Shown here: positions 19,774 to 32,437 of the stretch, piece after piece | How the letters are laid out: the number at the start of each line of letters is the position of its first letter | Position numbering within the stretch: position 1 is the first letter of the stretch | Program-made: the position numbers and the translations under genes | Sequence record: MK250027.1 | Reading direction: 5' to 3' (one strand) | DNA: 64,000 nt | The notes under the pieces: model-generated | The model's database searches: none | Told to the model about the DNA's origin: nothing | The model's input: only the letters and a program-made list of their open reading frames with translations

Positions 19774-21030
19774 TTAAAATCTTATAAATGAAACTACTTT
19801 TGCTTTTACATTTGGATCTGCAATCTTAAATACCTTGTCAGGATTTACCTATAACATAATATTCGATTCACCTTTATCTGTAACAGAAGAAGTCCAATAT
19901 CTTCCTGAACCAATAATATCTTCAACTTTATTTAATTCTGGTAAAGTTGGCAAATATGCATGTTCTGTAATTTCTTGTTTTACCTCATTAATTTGTGCAT
20001 CATTCAAACCGGTTAAATTCAATTTCTTCATAGGTAATGATTTGGCAGCAGAAGCGGCATTGTTACCGTTATCAGAAAGAATGTTTGTATAAAATTCTCC
20101 TTTAACTTCTTCTTGATAATAATAATTTGATCCTGCTGTAATCTATAATTTCTAACTAGCACCAACTAATTTCTTCTTGAAGTAATAATCATCATATACA
20201 CCATTATTTCCTGCATTACCTAATGTTACTGTTTCATCACTCATAACCATAAATACAGGTTTCTTATCTAATGTCTTATATGTAGTTAATACGCACTTAG
20301 CTATTGCATTCTATGCATCATTACTTAATACCAAACCATCATTTTCATCCCATACTAAGAAATCACCGATATTTGCTTTCCTTAATGAATTACCAACTGT
20401 TTTAAAGTATGGTTTCATACTATCATACTTTTCACCTATTGTTATAGGTTCTTCATCAATATCATCTTCCATAGATACATCATCATAATCTGGATAATCA
20501 TTAGATGTTTCTTCTGAATCGATATTATCATCTTCTGAATTATCAACAACAGGTTCTTCATGTTGTTTAATAGAATCATCAAAACCTCTACTTACTTTAA
20601 CTGGTTCATCAACAACTTCTGGTTCATCATCTACTGTATCATCCGTTGAAACATCATCATAATCCGGATAATCTTGCTTTACAGGTTCTTGTGAAATTTC
20701 ACCATCAAATTTACCACCATTTTCAACATATAATTTCTATATTGATGTTATATCACCACCTGCATTTATATATGCGTCACCAATATTTTTATATGCTTTC
20801 AACTTATCAATATCAGAAATATTATGTGGACATTCAACTTTCATAGTAAGCAAACCTGCAACATATTTCTGAAGAAGGATTTCCTTTGAGTCTTTCTTCA
20901 TAACTCGGGCATCTTCACCTAATGTTGAACGCATACGACTTGACATAGAACTCATAGAAGCCCAAATCTTCGGATCTATTGTTCTCTATACACGTGCTTC
21001 GTTTAATATATTATTTTTAAATGTTCTCAT
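19774..21030 (-). CDS. Probable virion protein (418 aa) with acidic linker and C-terminal YLPTxxEL..YWTSS (DUF1566/Lcl-like) segment
   Basis: Frame checked codon by codon; interrupted only by TAG; DYPDYDDVS occurs twice; upstream GATAAATA motif. Confidence 0.75.
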
Positions 21031-21210
21031 TTAATATTAAAATAATTATTTTACTTATGATATTTATCTTTTATAATAAAATAAGAGATTTAGAATTAAA
21101 TAATTCAATTATAGCATATTCATACAAAAATAGGAGTAAACATAATTATCTTATATTTACTCCTATGTATTTAAATTATTTATTATTCTAAATCAAAAAT
21201 TGCCTTAAAA

Positions 21211-22995
21211 TTAATTAAGTTCCAACCAAGTTACACGTTTGTCAAGTTTTGCAACAAGTTTTGCAAGAGCTTCGATTGTCTTCTCATTGTATACATCAAT
21301 TGATTTCTCTACATCTTCACCAGCAAACTGAACAGTGTAAGTTGTCTTACCGCCTGTAACATTAAGAGCAAACTCCTCATTAACATCTGCTTCTGCAGGA
21401 ACTGTAATTGCAACATCGTTATCAGCAGAATTAACAGCAACTGCCTTATTTTCAACTGTTTGTAAACGTGTTTCGTGATCATTGAATGCATCTGCGATTA
21501 CCTCTTCATCAGATACTAATTCACCTGCAACGTCAGCTGCAGTAGCAAGACCGGTTGCATTATTATTTGTACCTGCAACCCATTTACCAGAAACTGTATT
21601 CTTTGTAAGACCAACTGAACCAAGAGCAGAAGTCTTAACTTCAACTTCATGATTATCAACTGCAACAAAATTCTCAGAACCTGCCTTTACAGAAAGTTTA
21701 GGAAGTTCTGCATGTACTACTTTAATCTTACCATTTTCCTGTGAAACTGCAGATACATACTTACCTTCTTCTGCGTTATCTGTAACATCAAGTGCTTCAA
21801 TTGCAGAAGTTGCAGCTTTTTCTGTAGTCTTGATAGACTTAGCTAAACTTGCAATCTGTGCATCAACCTTATCACCTTCAACAGCAACAGTATCATCAGT
21901 TGCAACAATAGCTTCAGCTGCAACACCATTAGCTTCAAGATTAGCAGAATCAACAGTCAAATTACCATTTGCATCAACATGTACTCCCGATACATATTTA
22001 CCATCACCTGCAGTTGCATCACTTACAGCATGTTTCTTAGCTTCAAGATCTTCCAATCTCTTATGAATACCAGTAGCTGCTGTGCTTGCATCAGACGGTG
22101 TACCAATTTCTGCTTTATTATGAGCAACATCTGTAATAAGTTCTTTACCTGTTTCAGTTTCATCTACCTCTTTAAACCAATCAATAACTTCAACTACCTT
22201 ATTGATTACATTATCTTCATCAGGATTCTATACATCACCCATAATAGTTTCAATATTAGTGACACGTGTATCTAACTTACCTTCTGCTGTTGTTGCACGA
22301 TCTGCTTCTTTAGCAATCTTTCCAAATGCAGTTTCCTAAGTCTTATCATCATCAACAGTGCCAAGAAGTTCTGCGGAAGCAATGTCATCCTCTGAAATGG
22401 TTACTACTTTCTTATCAGAAACTGCAACCTTTACATGACCAGCTTCTTTCTTTTCTACAGTTGTATAATCAGCATTCTTAAGTTCATCAATACGATCTGA
22501 AAGTTCACCTTCTGCTGTTGTAGCACGGTTTGCTTCCTTTGCGATAGCGCCAAATACAGTATCTACATCCTTTGAATCTGCTTTAGTTCCAACAGTTGTT
22601 TCCAATGTAGAAACTCTATCAGCAAGACTCTTAAGTTTAGCATCAGCTGAAACAGGAATATCAAGAGTCTTAACAGTCTTATCTGTATCAACATAAGAAA
22701 CAGTAACAGTTGCTTCAGATTTAACTTCACCTGTAGTTTCATCAATATTAGCAGGAGTAGATTTAATATTTAAAATCTTTGAAGAAACAACCTTACCACG
22801 AGCAACGATAGCGCCTGTATTATTTGCTTCATCATAACCAAAATAAATAACACCATCGTCAGGAGTTCCTACTTTTTCAAGTACCTTATCAAGTGTACCA
22901 TAACCAAAGTTTACTTCTACACCATCACCAGCGATAGGAGCACCAAATACAACAGGAGTATTATCCTTCTTTGATTTCTTAATTGTAATAGCCAT
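21211..22995 (-). CDS. Fibre-like structural protein A (594 aa, 2 TAG)
   Basis: ORFs 22336-22995 and 21211-22056 fuse through TAGs; repeat FG(A/K)IAKEA(N/D)RATTAEG; ends VTWLELN. Confidence 0.75.
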
Positions 22996-23111
22996 ATTAT
23001 TAATTAAGTTTTATATTTTATTTTACTATATTATTTATTCAAAAAATGGAGAAACATTAATGAAAACGTTTCTCCATTATATTAAAAATTAATTACTAAA
23101 TTCTGTTAAAA

Positions 23112-24656
23112 TCAGAGTTCTTCCCATGTCAAAAGACCAGCAAGATATGTGTCATTTGCTTGAAGTTGATTTAATGCGGTATTTAAACCTGTATAGAATG
23201 TTTCATTAGCGACATCAACTGTTACTTCTGCTTCAACACCGTCCTTACTTGTTGTAAGTTTCAATGTATTGAACTGTTTGTTATCTGCTTTAGGAGCTTC
23301 AAGTGCAGCATCCTTTACATATGAAGCTTCAATAGCATTAACAGAAGCATCAGTCTTTTCAAGATGAGCACCAATTGATGTATCTTCTGCTTTAAGTTCG
23401 TCAAAAGTAGACTTAATTCCAAGAGAAGTATCAACATATGTTGTTACAGCATCTGCATCAAGTGATACAACACCATTCTCTACCTTAATATACTTACCAT
23501 CACCCTTGAATGTTTCAAAAATTTCTGTAAAATCAAGATAAACATCAGAATTTTTCGCAGATTCAGTTTTTGACGGTTTTGTATTAAGAACAAGGTGTAA
23601 ATATGAATGACCATATTTAATCTTAAATCCAAGACGTGCTTGTTCCCATGTACCATCATGATTCTCTGACCATGGAAGCATTGCTGCAGATGTTACTTCA
23701 TCACCGTAATTAACAGTTGCTGAATTACCCCATTGATCTGAGTCACTACCATATACAATTTCTGGACCTCCTTCTTTAACATACTTAAATGTACATACAT
23801 GTGCACCAGATACCAAGAAATCCTTAGCAATATTGATCTTATCACCAACAGGAGAAACTGTGCCATCAGGAGCAGTTTGCATTAATTGATATTCAGCTGC
23901 ATATGTTTTCTCGCCATCAGTTTGTTCCATCTGATCATCAGAAACTTTCTTAATTGCATATGTAGAAACTTTAAGTGCATCATCAACAACCTTTACTGTT
24001 GTATCATCAACTTTAACACCTACTGTATATGTCTGATAATCATTAGCACCCTTTGTAGGAGTTACTGTAATTGCACCATTTGCTGCTTCAGAAACAACAT
24101 CGCTCTTAAGATGAGTTTCAATACCGGATACCGAAGTATCCAAACGAGTAGTATCTTCAGTATGAAGTGCTTCCAAATCATCAATCTATTTCTGAAGATT
24201 AGATTGAGCTGCTTTAATCATTTCCTGAACAGTTGCAGTATCAATAATATCAAACTCTGTTGTCCATGTCTTCGTCTTTGTTTGATTATCAACAGGATCT
24301 GTTGCACTACCGAACCATTTAACCATTACCTTATCAGCAACTTTCTCTGTTGTAGATTCTACATATTTACCTGTTGATGGATCAAAATGTTTCTTTGCAA
24401 CCTCATTTGTTGTAATATCAAGGATCTTAGAAGATACAAGTTGATTACCAACAAATATCATACCGGAATCACCAGCAGCGTCATATACAAAACGTAATTT
24501 AGCATCAGAATCTGCAGCATCATAAATAGCAATCACCTTTGCTTCATCAAACGCGCCACTCAAAAAATGTACTTCCTTACCTGCAATAGTTGCATCAGCA
24601 ACCTAATCTGTTAACTTTGTTGCTTCACCAGCACCATAAACCATTTTATTTGTCAT
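23112..24656 (-). CDS. Fibre-like structural protein B (514 aa, 2 TAG)
   Basis: ATG 24656; ORFs 24186-24563 and 23112-24176 fuse; ends LTWEEL. Confidence 0.75.
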
Positions 24657-24708
24657 ATTAAATTTTTATAGATTTAATTTTAATATTTATTAATGTTTTA
24701 AAAAATTA

Positions 24709-25674
24709 TTATTTATATATCTCTTCCCATTTCAATTGGTCTTCCACAATAGTCAATCTATCATTAATAGATGAATCTGTATTCATGAATTCATTTATAT
24801 GTGAATCATAATCTTTAAGATCTAATGTAACTGTCTTAATAAGACTACTGTCAAGTGAATGTGTAACATCCTTAATTACTGTACCATCTTTCAATGTCAA
24901 TACACCTTCAACTAAATCAATCTTATCAATAGGTTCAGGCCAAATTTTCGCTTCAATCTTATTTGAATCCTTAACATAATTAAGCTGTTTCAAAACCATG
25001 TCAGTTACTTCAATCTTAGATGAATCTGTTTGTTCTTCATCACCTTTAAATAAAGTGAATGTTTGTTTGAAACCATTCTCATATGTACCTGAATCCTTAT
25101 GAATTGTATAATTATATTTGCCTTTATCTAAATCATCAATCAACTATACATAAGAAGTATCTATAGTATTGACTCTATCAAAAAGAGTATCAACAGAAGT
25201 ATCTATAAATGTAAGATGTTCATTTATATCTGTAATAGAAGTATCAATAACATTTAATCTTTCATATACATCATTAAATGAAGCATTCATTTTTTCTGTA
25301 ATAGAAGAATCAAACTATTCTAGTTTTCCTTTTACTTCATCTAATTCTTTCTACGAAACAATATTTGTTTTTACAGTTGCAAGTTTACCAGAATCATTTA
25401 CATATTTGAGAGATAAAGTTACAACACCATCTACTGAAGCAAGAGATATATCTTTAACTTTAGATGTAAGTTCAAGATCACCCAAGAAGATACCTGTAAG
25501 CAATTCTGAATTCTTAGACTTACCAAAATACAAAGTATGTGGATCCTTATTCTTAGTATTTACAATATCAACATAACGACCTTCTATGAACTCAACTTCA
25601 TCATGTGGTTTACATTTTTTATTTGGGTCAAAAACATGTAATACATGCTGAGGTGGACGTATATCTTTATTCAT
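24709..25674 (-). CDS. Fibre-like structural protein C (321 aa, 3 TAG)
   Basis: ORFs fuse through TAGs; IDTS repeats with a 14-aa period; ends LKWEEIYK. Confidence 0.75.
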
Positions 25675-25785
25675 TTAAATATAACATGTTATTTTTATTA
25701 TTTATTATAAAATAAAAAATGAGTAATAATTATATATCATTATAATATAAAAGTATTACTCATTTTTCCAATATTTTATTTTCAA

Positions 25786-27993
25786 TTATTCATTTCTATT
25801 TATATTATATTTATCTAAAAGATAATTTGCAAAATCTTCTTTTTCCTATGTTTTATTATTAAATTTAAAAAAGAAATTAAGATTAAGACCTACTTTTCCA
25901 CCTTGCAAATAATTAGTTGGCCAAAGTCTTACCATCTTATTCATTACATATTCCTCTATTGTCTTGAATCTATAATGATTTAACCTTGCGTTTTCCCATG
26001 TTTTTTCATTATCTCTTAATTTTATAGAATTTATACATAACTAACCTATTGTATTTACTGTAACTATTTTTTTACTATATGGCGAATCATATAAAATGCC
26101 ATGAGGTGAATTAAATTCTATATTATCTACACATGTTTTAAATATTATTTTAGTTTGAGTAGACCAATTTTCTGTAATAGGTAGATAATCTGTAAATCTT
26201 TTAATTGAATAATTATTATCTTCTACTTTTAATATTTCTGAATCTGTAAACTATCTCCAGCAAACTCTTATTGTATTAATTCCTCTATCATTAAACATAT
26301 CATTAGATAAAAATTCATGTATATCATTACAATCTAATTCTAAAAATTCATCAATATCGAAATATGCGATCCAATCATATTTGTCTTTGTATATATTATA
26401 GCAATCTGTATATGATGGAATCTAAACCAATTCTTTCCCTCTCTAATCTTTTAATATTACATATCCAGAATTTATATAATCAGATATTACATCTTCAAAA
26501 TGTTCGCCATCAATATCATTGTTATCATATAAAACAATATTATCAAATCCTATTGATTTATGATGTTCAACAAATTCTCTTATATAATTATTTTCCATTT
26601 TTCCTATACAGCATAATAAGATCTTTCCTGTATATTTTTTAGGTTTATTATATAAATTCAAATGATTTAATTTTACTGGGCATACATCAATTAATTTCTA
26701 CAAATCAATATCATATGTTGAATCATAGTTATTCTTTAATTTCAATAAATCATCTTCTGTTGTTTCTTCTGTTACTAAATATGAATCATATAATGGTTTA
26801 TGAATAGATAAAAAGAAATCTTCGAATTTAAAGTCCTATCCTATATTTTTACCTATACTAATCCATATATTTGGAATCCTATATGCTTCTGAAATAATCA
26901 ACCCATGTAAACTTTCTGAAACAATAAATTCACATTCTTCTATATTTTTTATTATATCTTTCCAATCATTATATTTTGTAAAATCTATTATTAATATATC
27001 TTCATTATCTTTAAATTTATTTAATATATATGATTTAATATGTGAATGATGCGGAATAATTCCCAACTTATATTTTTTCATTACATATGGTTGATAATAA
27101 TATGGAAATAATAATGCTGGATCCCCATAAACTTTTGGGCAATTTATATTTAATTCCTATAAGTAATCCCTTGTTTTGGGACCTCTCACTGCATATATTT
27201 TATTTGGTTTATTTTTTAAATTATGTTTATATAAGAAACCACTCCCCCATATTTTTGTAAAATCATCTATATATTCATCACATAAAATAGAGCCTATGAA
27301 TATATAATTTATTTTCTTATCTTTCTTATTATATTTTTTATGTTGTTTACCTGTAAGTTCTTTTAAAAAAGAAAAATTTATATCATCACCAAAGTTATGT
27401 GGTATTACTGTATTATCAGAATTTAAAAATGCCCAACTATTTAAATATATAGTATCATTCTCGTTCTTCATAATTTCGCTATTTAATTCTTTTTGAAATA
27501 ATGAATTCGAAGTATTATTTTTCTTCAATACATTTACAACTTCAGTATTAATTTTATTTTCTTTTTCCTTTTTTATTTTATCTTTAAACTATTTACTATT
27601 AATAATAACATTTTTATTTTTAATAATATCCTATTTCTCTTTAAGAATTTCCTAAATTGGTTTTACTTTAGGCTCAATAGTAGGTATCATGATATTGGAA
27701 ACATAAGCATACGTTTCCTTATTTGTTTTTATATTGTTAATATTAATTTTTGTATTATTTCCTTTATGTTCTTTTTCTTTATTATCATAATTAACAAATG
27801 TTTTCATATTAGGTTTCGTAACATTACCTAATATGTACTTATCAGGATTATATGTACCTTGTAACTAATTTATATTATTAGTCACTGATGAGAATCCGTC
27901 CTAATTATAATAAACACCAGCATTCTAGGCGTAACTTCTATTTTTTGAAAAATATGCTTTATCTATCTTCTATACATTTTTAATTGGAAACAT
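25786..27993 (-). CDS. Polysaccharide pyruvyltransferase + GT2/GT92-like glycosyltransferase fusion (735 aa, many TAG)
   Basis: HNFGDDIN, AVRGPKTR, VYGDPALL, SESLHGLIISEAYRIP (pyruvyltransferase); IREFVEHHKSIGFDNIVLYDNN and WIAYFDIDEF (GT); three ORF-track fragments in one frame. Confidence 0.8.
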
Positions 27994-28117
27994 ACAGATA
28001 TAAAATTATTTTAATATATTTATTTTAAATAGAAAAGGATAGACTATTCTCTACGAACAATCTATCCTTAATTTAATATGAAAAACCCGAAATTAAGTTT
28101 TGAACTTAAGTTTATAT

Positions 28118-29377
28118 TTACTTATTCACTGCAAGAATTGCACATGAACTATTAACAATGAGATTTACATTTCCCTTAAATTCATCAATAGTTCTCTTAT
28201 CTGTATAACTCATTGCAGATCGCATATAATCAATCATATTATCAGTCCACTGTTTTACTGTTTCTTTCACTGTAATATACTTTGTACAACCTTCTGAAGT
28301 CTTTGTTTTTGCTGATGGATTAATTAACTTTTGAGCCTTCTTTGTGGACATTCCGTAAGACTCTTTTGTAATAGTCTTCATATCCTTAATAAAGTCTTTT
28401 TTCTGTTTTTCAAGTTCATCTGAAATAACAGGATTTTCAGAATTTAATCCTTCCCAAATATTAAGAATGTCTTCTACTCCATTATTAATAATACCATCTT
28501 TATAAAAATAAAGATAATGATTATTATAACTTTCAATATTCAATGGTGCTGTTGACTCAAGAAGTCCTGTAAACAAACTTCCAATCATTACATAATCTGC
28601 ACCAAGACCTAATGCTTTAATTACATCTGCATAACCACGAATACCACCATCTGCAACAAGGTAAGGATGTGACTTAAAATAACTTGTTGGATTATCATTT
28701 TCATCAAATCCCTTGTCAGCAATATTCTTATAATATTTACACTTATCAATCAATGATGCAATAGGATAATGAATTGAAGAATTTGAAGTAGTTAAACACA
28801 CGGATCCGCTTCCTATAGACAGTCTGATATAGTCCACGCGAGCATGCTTACAAATCCACTCATAAGTTTCAGGATTAGCGATATTACCTGTCATTACAAT
28901 GAGTTTATAATTACTATTATCAGCAATATCCTTTGCCTTATTAATAGTCTCATACAAACTTTCCATATGGCCATTTGCTAAATCCACACAAATCCTATAT
29001 GTTCGATTATATCCAGAAAATATTTCATCAGGTGACATCATCTTATGATCAACAAAAACATATTCAAACTCTTTCAATGACAATGCAACCCAATCGCCAT
29101 CATCCATAAATGGTTTAATATAAGAAATCCTGGTTTCAATATCTCCATTAGGTGCAGCTCCTATATTTCGTGGAATCATTGGATGAATCTTATTCAACTT
29201 CCAAATGTTAATATTATATTCATTCGTAATAGTAGACATAGGTGCAGTAAACAGTGGAAGATACTTATTATCTTCCACAAATGGATTACATTCCTTTCTA
29301 CTCTTAATTGAACTAATAACAGCTGGTTCAATTGTCAAATCATTATATGAATACTTTGTATCTTTAATAATCGGCAT
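28118..29377 (-). CDS. guaC: GMP reductase / IMP dehydrogenase family protein
   Basis: TAPMST, VDLANGH, GNIANPE, IGSGSVCLT, ADGGIR..DVIKALGLGADYVMIG, YGMST. Confidence 0.8.
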   Translation of the reverse strand: MPIIKDTKYSYNDLTIEPAVISSIKSRKECNPFVEDNKYLPLFTAPMSTITNEYNINIWKLNKIHPMIPRNIGAAPNGDIETRISYIKPFMDDGDWVALSLKEFEYVFVDHKMMSPDEIFSGYNRTYRICVDLANGHMESLYETINKAKDIADNSNYKLIVMTGNIANPETYEWICKHARVDYIRLSIGSGSVCLTTSNSSIHYPIASLIDKCKYYKNIADKGFDENDNPTSYFKSHPYLVADGGIRGYADVIKALGLGADYVMIGSLFTGLLESTAPLNIESYNNHYLYFYKDGIINNGVEDILNIWEGLNSENPVISDELEKQKKDFIKDMKTITKESYGMSTKKAQKLINPSAKTKTSEGCTKYITVKETVKQWTDNMIDYMRSAMSYTDKRTIDEFKGNVNLIVNSSCAILAVNK

Positions 29378-29413
29378 TTTTATTCTTTTATTATTTCTAA
29401 ATATTATATATAA

Positions 29414-29617
29414 TTAAATACTCTTTGTCTTATTAATTACCATTGTAATAAAATCATGTCTCTCTACATAATCCTTACTCTGACAATCATGTTTTACCAA
29501 CAGATATGCATCGATAACTTTCTCTATAAAATCATGATCGTATCGTTTTTCAAGTCCTTCTTCAAAACCTGTTTCATATCCATTATTATATTCTTCTTGC
29601 AAATCTTTTTCTGTCAT
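29414..29617 (-). CDS. Hypothetical protein
   Basis: ORF in operon. Confidence 0.6.
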   Translation of the reverse strand: MTEKDLQEEYNNGYETGFEEGLEKRYDHDFIEKVIDAYLLVKHDCQSKDYVERHDFITMVINKTKSI

Positions 29618-29640
29618 AATTATATTACTGTTTTATTTTA

Positions 29641-30186
29641 TTACCAAAATACAATAGGACTATCACTTTGATTAGTAATCAATAATCTTCTATTAGTTGG
29701 ACAAGATGGATAATCACTCAATCGATGAACACTGCCTACCATCATTCTTCTAGAATCTGAACATCCATAATGTGGTTGACAAAAATCATAATGAATACGA
29801 ATAAACTTAAAATCATCATTAACTTCTACTGATGTAATAGACAATGAATCAATATTAATATAGTGAGAATTTTCAATATTATTATTCAAACTATTATTAT
29901 GCATCTTAATCCATTCCATATCATTCTTAATAGCCGAAGTTAAATCAATACTCAAAAATACAGAATATGTATCTACAATCTCTGGAGATTCATGGTCTGC
30001 TTCTGTAAAGAAATCAAGAAATACTCGTTTATCCATTGTATCAGACTTCTTATATTCATCTCGCATTGTAGCTACATGATCAATAACTAGATCGCTCTTA
30101 TTCTTTGATTTATTTGAGTCTCCATGTTCATCTACCCATTTGATATACATGCCTCCTCTATTCTTAGGATAAAAAACTTTTGTCAT
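29641..30186 (-). CDS. Hypothetical protein
   Basis: ORF in operon. Confidence 0.65.
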   Translation of the reverse strand: MTKVFYPKNRGGMYIKWVDEHGDSNKSKNKSDLVIDHVATMRDEYKKSDTMDKRVFLDFFTEADHESPEIVDTYSVFLSIDLTSAIKNDMEWIKMHNNSLNNNIENSHYINIDSLSITSVEVNDDFKFIRIHYDFCQPHYGCSDSRRMMVGSVHRLSDYPSCPTNRRLLITNQSDSPIVFW

Positions 30187-30196
30187 AATTTTTATT

Positions 30197-30373
30197 TTAA
30201 TCAGTTATATATTTTGCTTTATAAGTTTTATAATTATTAATAATATTAATCCATTCTTCTTTTGTAAGTCCAGTTATTTCACAACCTTTTTTATAATCAA
30301 ACATATTAATTTCTCCAGACATTTGAAGATGATAATATGCATCAAATTTCTCTTCTGTAATTTCTACTTTCAT
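30197..30373 (-). CDS. 58-aa hypothetical protein
   Basis: MKVEITEEKFDAYYHLQMSGEINMFD..TGLTKEEWINIINNY; below the ORF-track cutoff. Confidence 0.65.
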   Translation of the reverse strand: MKVEITEEKFDAYYHLQMSGEINMFDYKKGCEITGLTKEEWINIINNYKTYKAKYITD

Positions 30374-30385
30374 ATATTAATTATA

Positions 30386-30802
30386 TTATTTGTTATTATT
30401 AATCATATCAATAAGTTTACCGACATTATCATAAAGTGTTCCCAACTCATAAAATGCCATAAATTGATTTGTTACTTTATGATATGTAGGATTACATACA
30501 TTTATATCAATGAACAGATTTTCACAAAGGTTTGAAATATACATTGATTTCTTATCTTTCTTCTTCGATATTTTTTCAGCTAATGGTTTCAATCGAGAAT
30601 TTGCAAACTTAATTACGTCATTATAATAATTTACAATGCCCTGTTCATACTCATAATCTGATACATATACAGTATTCTTATTTAATGTAAGAACATAATA
30701 ATCAGAACACATATCAGATGTTCGTGTTACATGCAATTTATTATCTGCATTTGCAATTACACACATGAATGAAAGAACCAATGTTATAAATATATGTTTC
30801 AT
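30386..30802 (-). CDS. Putative exported protein (signal peptide)
   Basis: MKHIFITLVLSFMCVIANA; follows the promoter motif at 30840-30850. Confidence 0.7.
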   Translation of the reverse strand: MKHIFITLVLSFMCVIANADNKLHVTRTSDMCSDYYVLTLNKNTVYVSDYEYEQGIVNYYNDVIKFANSRLKPLAEKISKKKDKKSMYISNLCENLFIDINVCNPTYHKVTNQFMAFYELGTLYDNVGKLIDMINNNK

Positions 30803-30871
30803 TTTATATTATTTTAAATTATTGTTTTAATTAACAATACAAAGATACATATTTTATTTTGAATAAAAAAA

Positions 30872-31135
30872 TTAATATGAAATTATTTTACTAATTTGTG
30901 AACAATATCCGTACCATTCTTTACCTTTATATATAACACAGAAATCTCCATTTATATTAAGAACTCGTTGACCAGCAGAATTAAATACTGCTATAATTTC
31001 GCAATCGACAAAACCTTTATCACCTCTATCTTCGTTCATTAAATGAATATTAATAATAGTTCCAACACGAATATCTCGTATAGTGAAATGCTTTTTATCA
31101 ATATCGTCTTTATTATTTTTATTAAACTTAATCAT
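30872..31135 (-). CDS. Hypothetical protein (early)
   Basis: Follows the promoter motif at 31162-31172. Confidence 0.65.
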   Translation of the reverse strand: MIKFNKNNKDDIDKKHFTIRDIRVGTIINIHLMNEDRGDKGFVDCEIIAVFNSAGQRVLNINGDFCVIYKGKEWYGYCSQISKIISY

Positions 31136-31258
31136 ATATTATTTTATTAATGTTTATATAACAAAGATACATATAATTTTATAAAAAAGAAAAAGAGATA
31201 CTATAAAAATACAGTATCTCTTTAAATTAAATTATTAATTAAACTTTCTAAAAACTTA

Positions 31259-32302
31259 TTACTTTACAGTAACAATAGCAACACGACCAAAATCATCATC
31301 CATACCATGACCTGTAGCATCAGTTACCTTAACACCACGAGACTCAAGATACTTCTTAACTGCTGTTGCACGTGCATCAGACAATGCCTTATTATGCTTC
31401 TTAGCACTCTTAGGTTCCTGAGATGCATAAGCGTCTACAACTACAGTTGTTCCTTCAGGAATTGCATCAAGTACGGACTTACACTTTGCACTCAAATTTG
31501 AGCTATTAAACTTAAATGGTGCAACAAATACATTCTGTGCATAACCACTTGCATTTGTAACAGGTTTCTCTACAATCTTCTCAATTACCTGTGGCTCACG
31601 AGACTCAAGTTCATTAATCTTTTTATTAAGAGCATCAATCTCTGCCTGATCATAAAGCTTTGCCTTTGCAAATGAACGTGTTCCATTTGAATTCTTGAAA
31701 CGATAAACAACACCTGCAGTAATCTCAAAACTACCATTCTTCTTTACAAGCTTGCCATTATCAATATCATTCCATACAACAGAAGGATTTACAACAATAC
31801 CCCATGCACGCTCCTTACCAAGATTAAAATTAAACTCTGCACCAGCACGATAAGTCATCCAGTTATTATGATCTGCACCATAACCTGCAGTCTGATGACC
31901 CCAACCAAGACCTGTATAAACAACAGGTTCAAAGAACTTACGTGTTCCATCAAACTTAAATACATTAGCAAGATTTACCTTACCATAACCACTTACATTT
32001 ACATAATCAAATGCAGTGTATGTATTATAACTACCATGACCTGTTCCAATAAGTGTACGACCTTCAATACCAAATCCCAACCATGGTGTTACATACTTAT
32101 CTGCACCAACTACAATAATAGGTGCCATTGCTGTATGACCACTATAGAAATTGTCAAATGATGTAAGAACACCACCCTGAAGTGTTACTGAAACATTATC
32201 AGTAAACTTACTAGAACCTGCATAATCATTCTGTACCTGTGCATTAATTGTACCAATTGCAAATGTAAACATTGCAATCAACATAAAAATAAACTTCTTC
32301 AT
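31259..32302 (-). CDS. ompA: OmpA-family outer-membrane protein (Bacteroidales type)
   Basis: Signal peptide MKKFIFMLIAMFTFAIGTINA; amphipathic beta-strands ending ITAGVVYRF; C-terminal peptidoglycan-binding VDAYASQE...NKALSDARATAVKKYL. Confidence 0.85.
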   Translation of the reverse strand: MKKFIFMLIAMFTFAIGTINAQVQNDYAGSSKFTDNVSVTLQGGVLTSFDNFYSGHTAMAPIIVVGADKYVTPWLGFGIEGRTLIGTGHGSYNTYTAFDYVNVSGYGKVNLANVFKFDGTRKFFEPVVYTGLGWGHQTAGYGADHNNWMTYRAGAEFNFNLGKERAWGIVVNPSVVWNDIDNGKLVKKNGSFEITAGVVYRFKNSNGTRSFAKAKLYDQAEIDALNKKINELESREPQVIEKIVEKPVTNASGYAQNVFVAPFKFNSSNLSAKCKSVLDAIPEGTTVVVDAYASQEPKSAKKHNKALSDARATAVKKYLESRGVKVTDATGHGMDDDFGRVAIVTVK

Positions 32303-32437
32303 AGTTTTTCTTTTAATTTAAAATTTGTTATTAACTAAAAAATTATTTGTTTAAAATATTTGATTTATTAAAAATCATTATCATAATAATATATAATAAA
32401 CTTCTTAAAAAGTTTACATTTTATAAAAATAAACTTC

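Noticed and set aside
19774-21030. Diversity-generating retroelement
   Set aside because: No reverse transcriptase or template/variable repeat pair was seen in the window.
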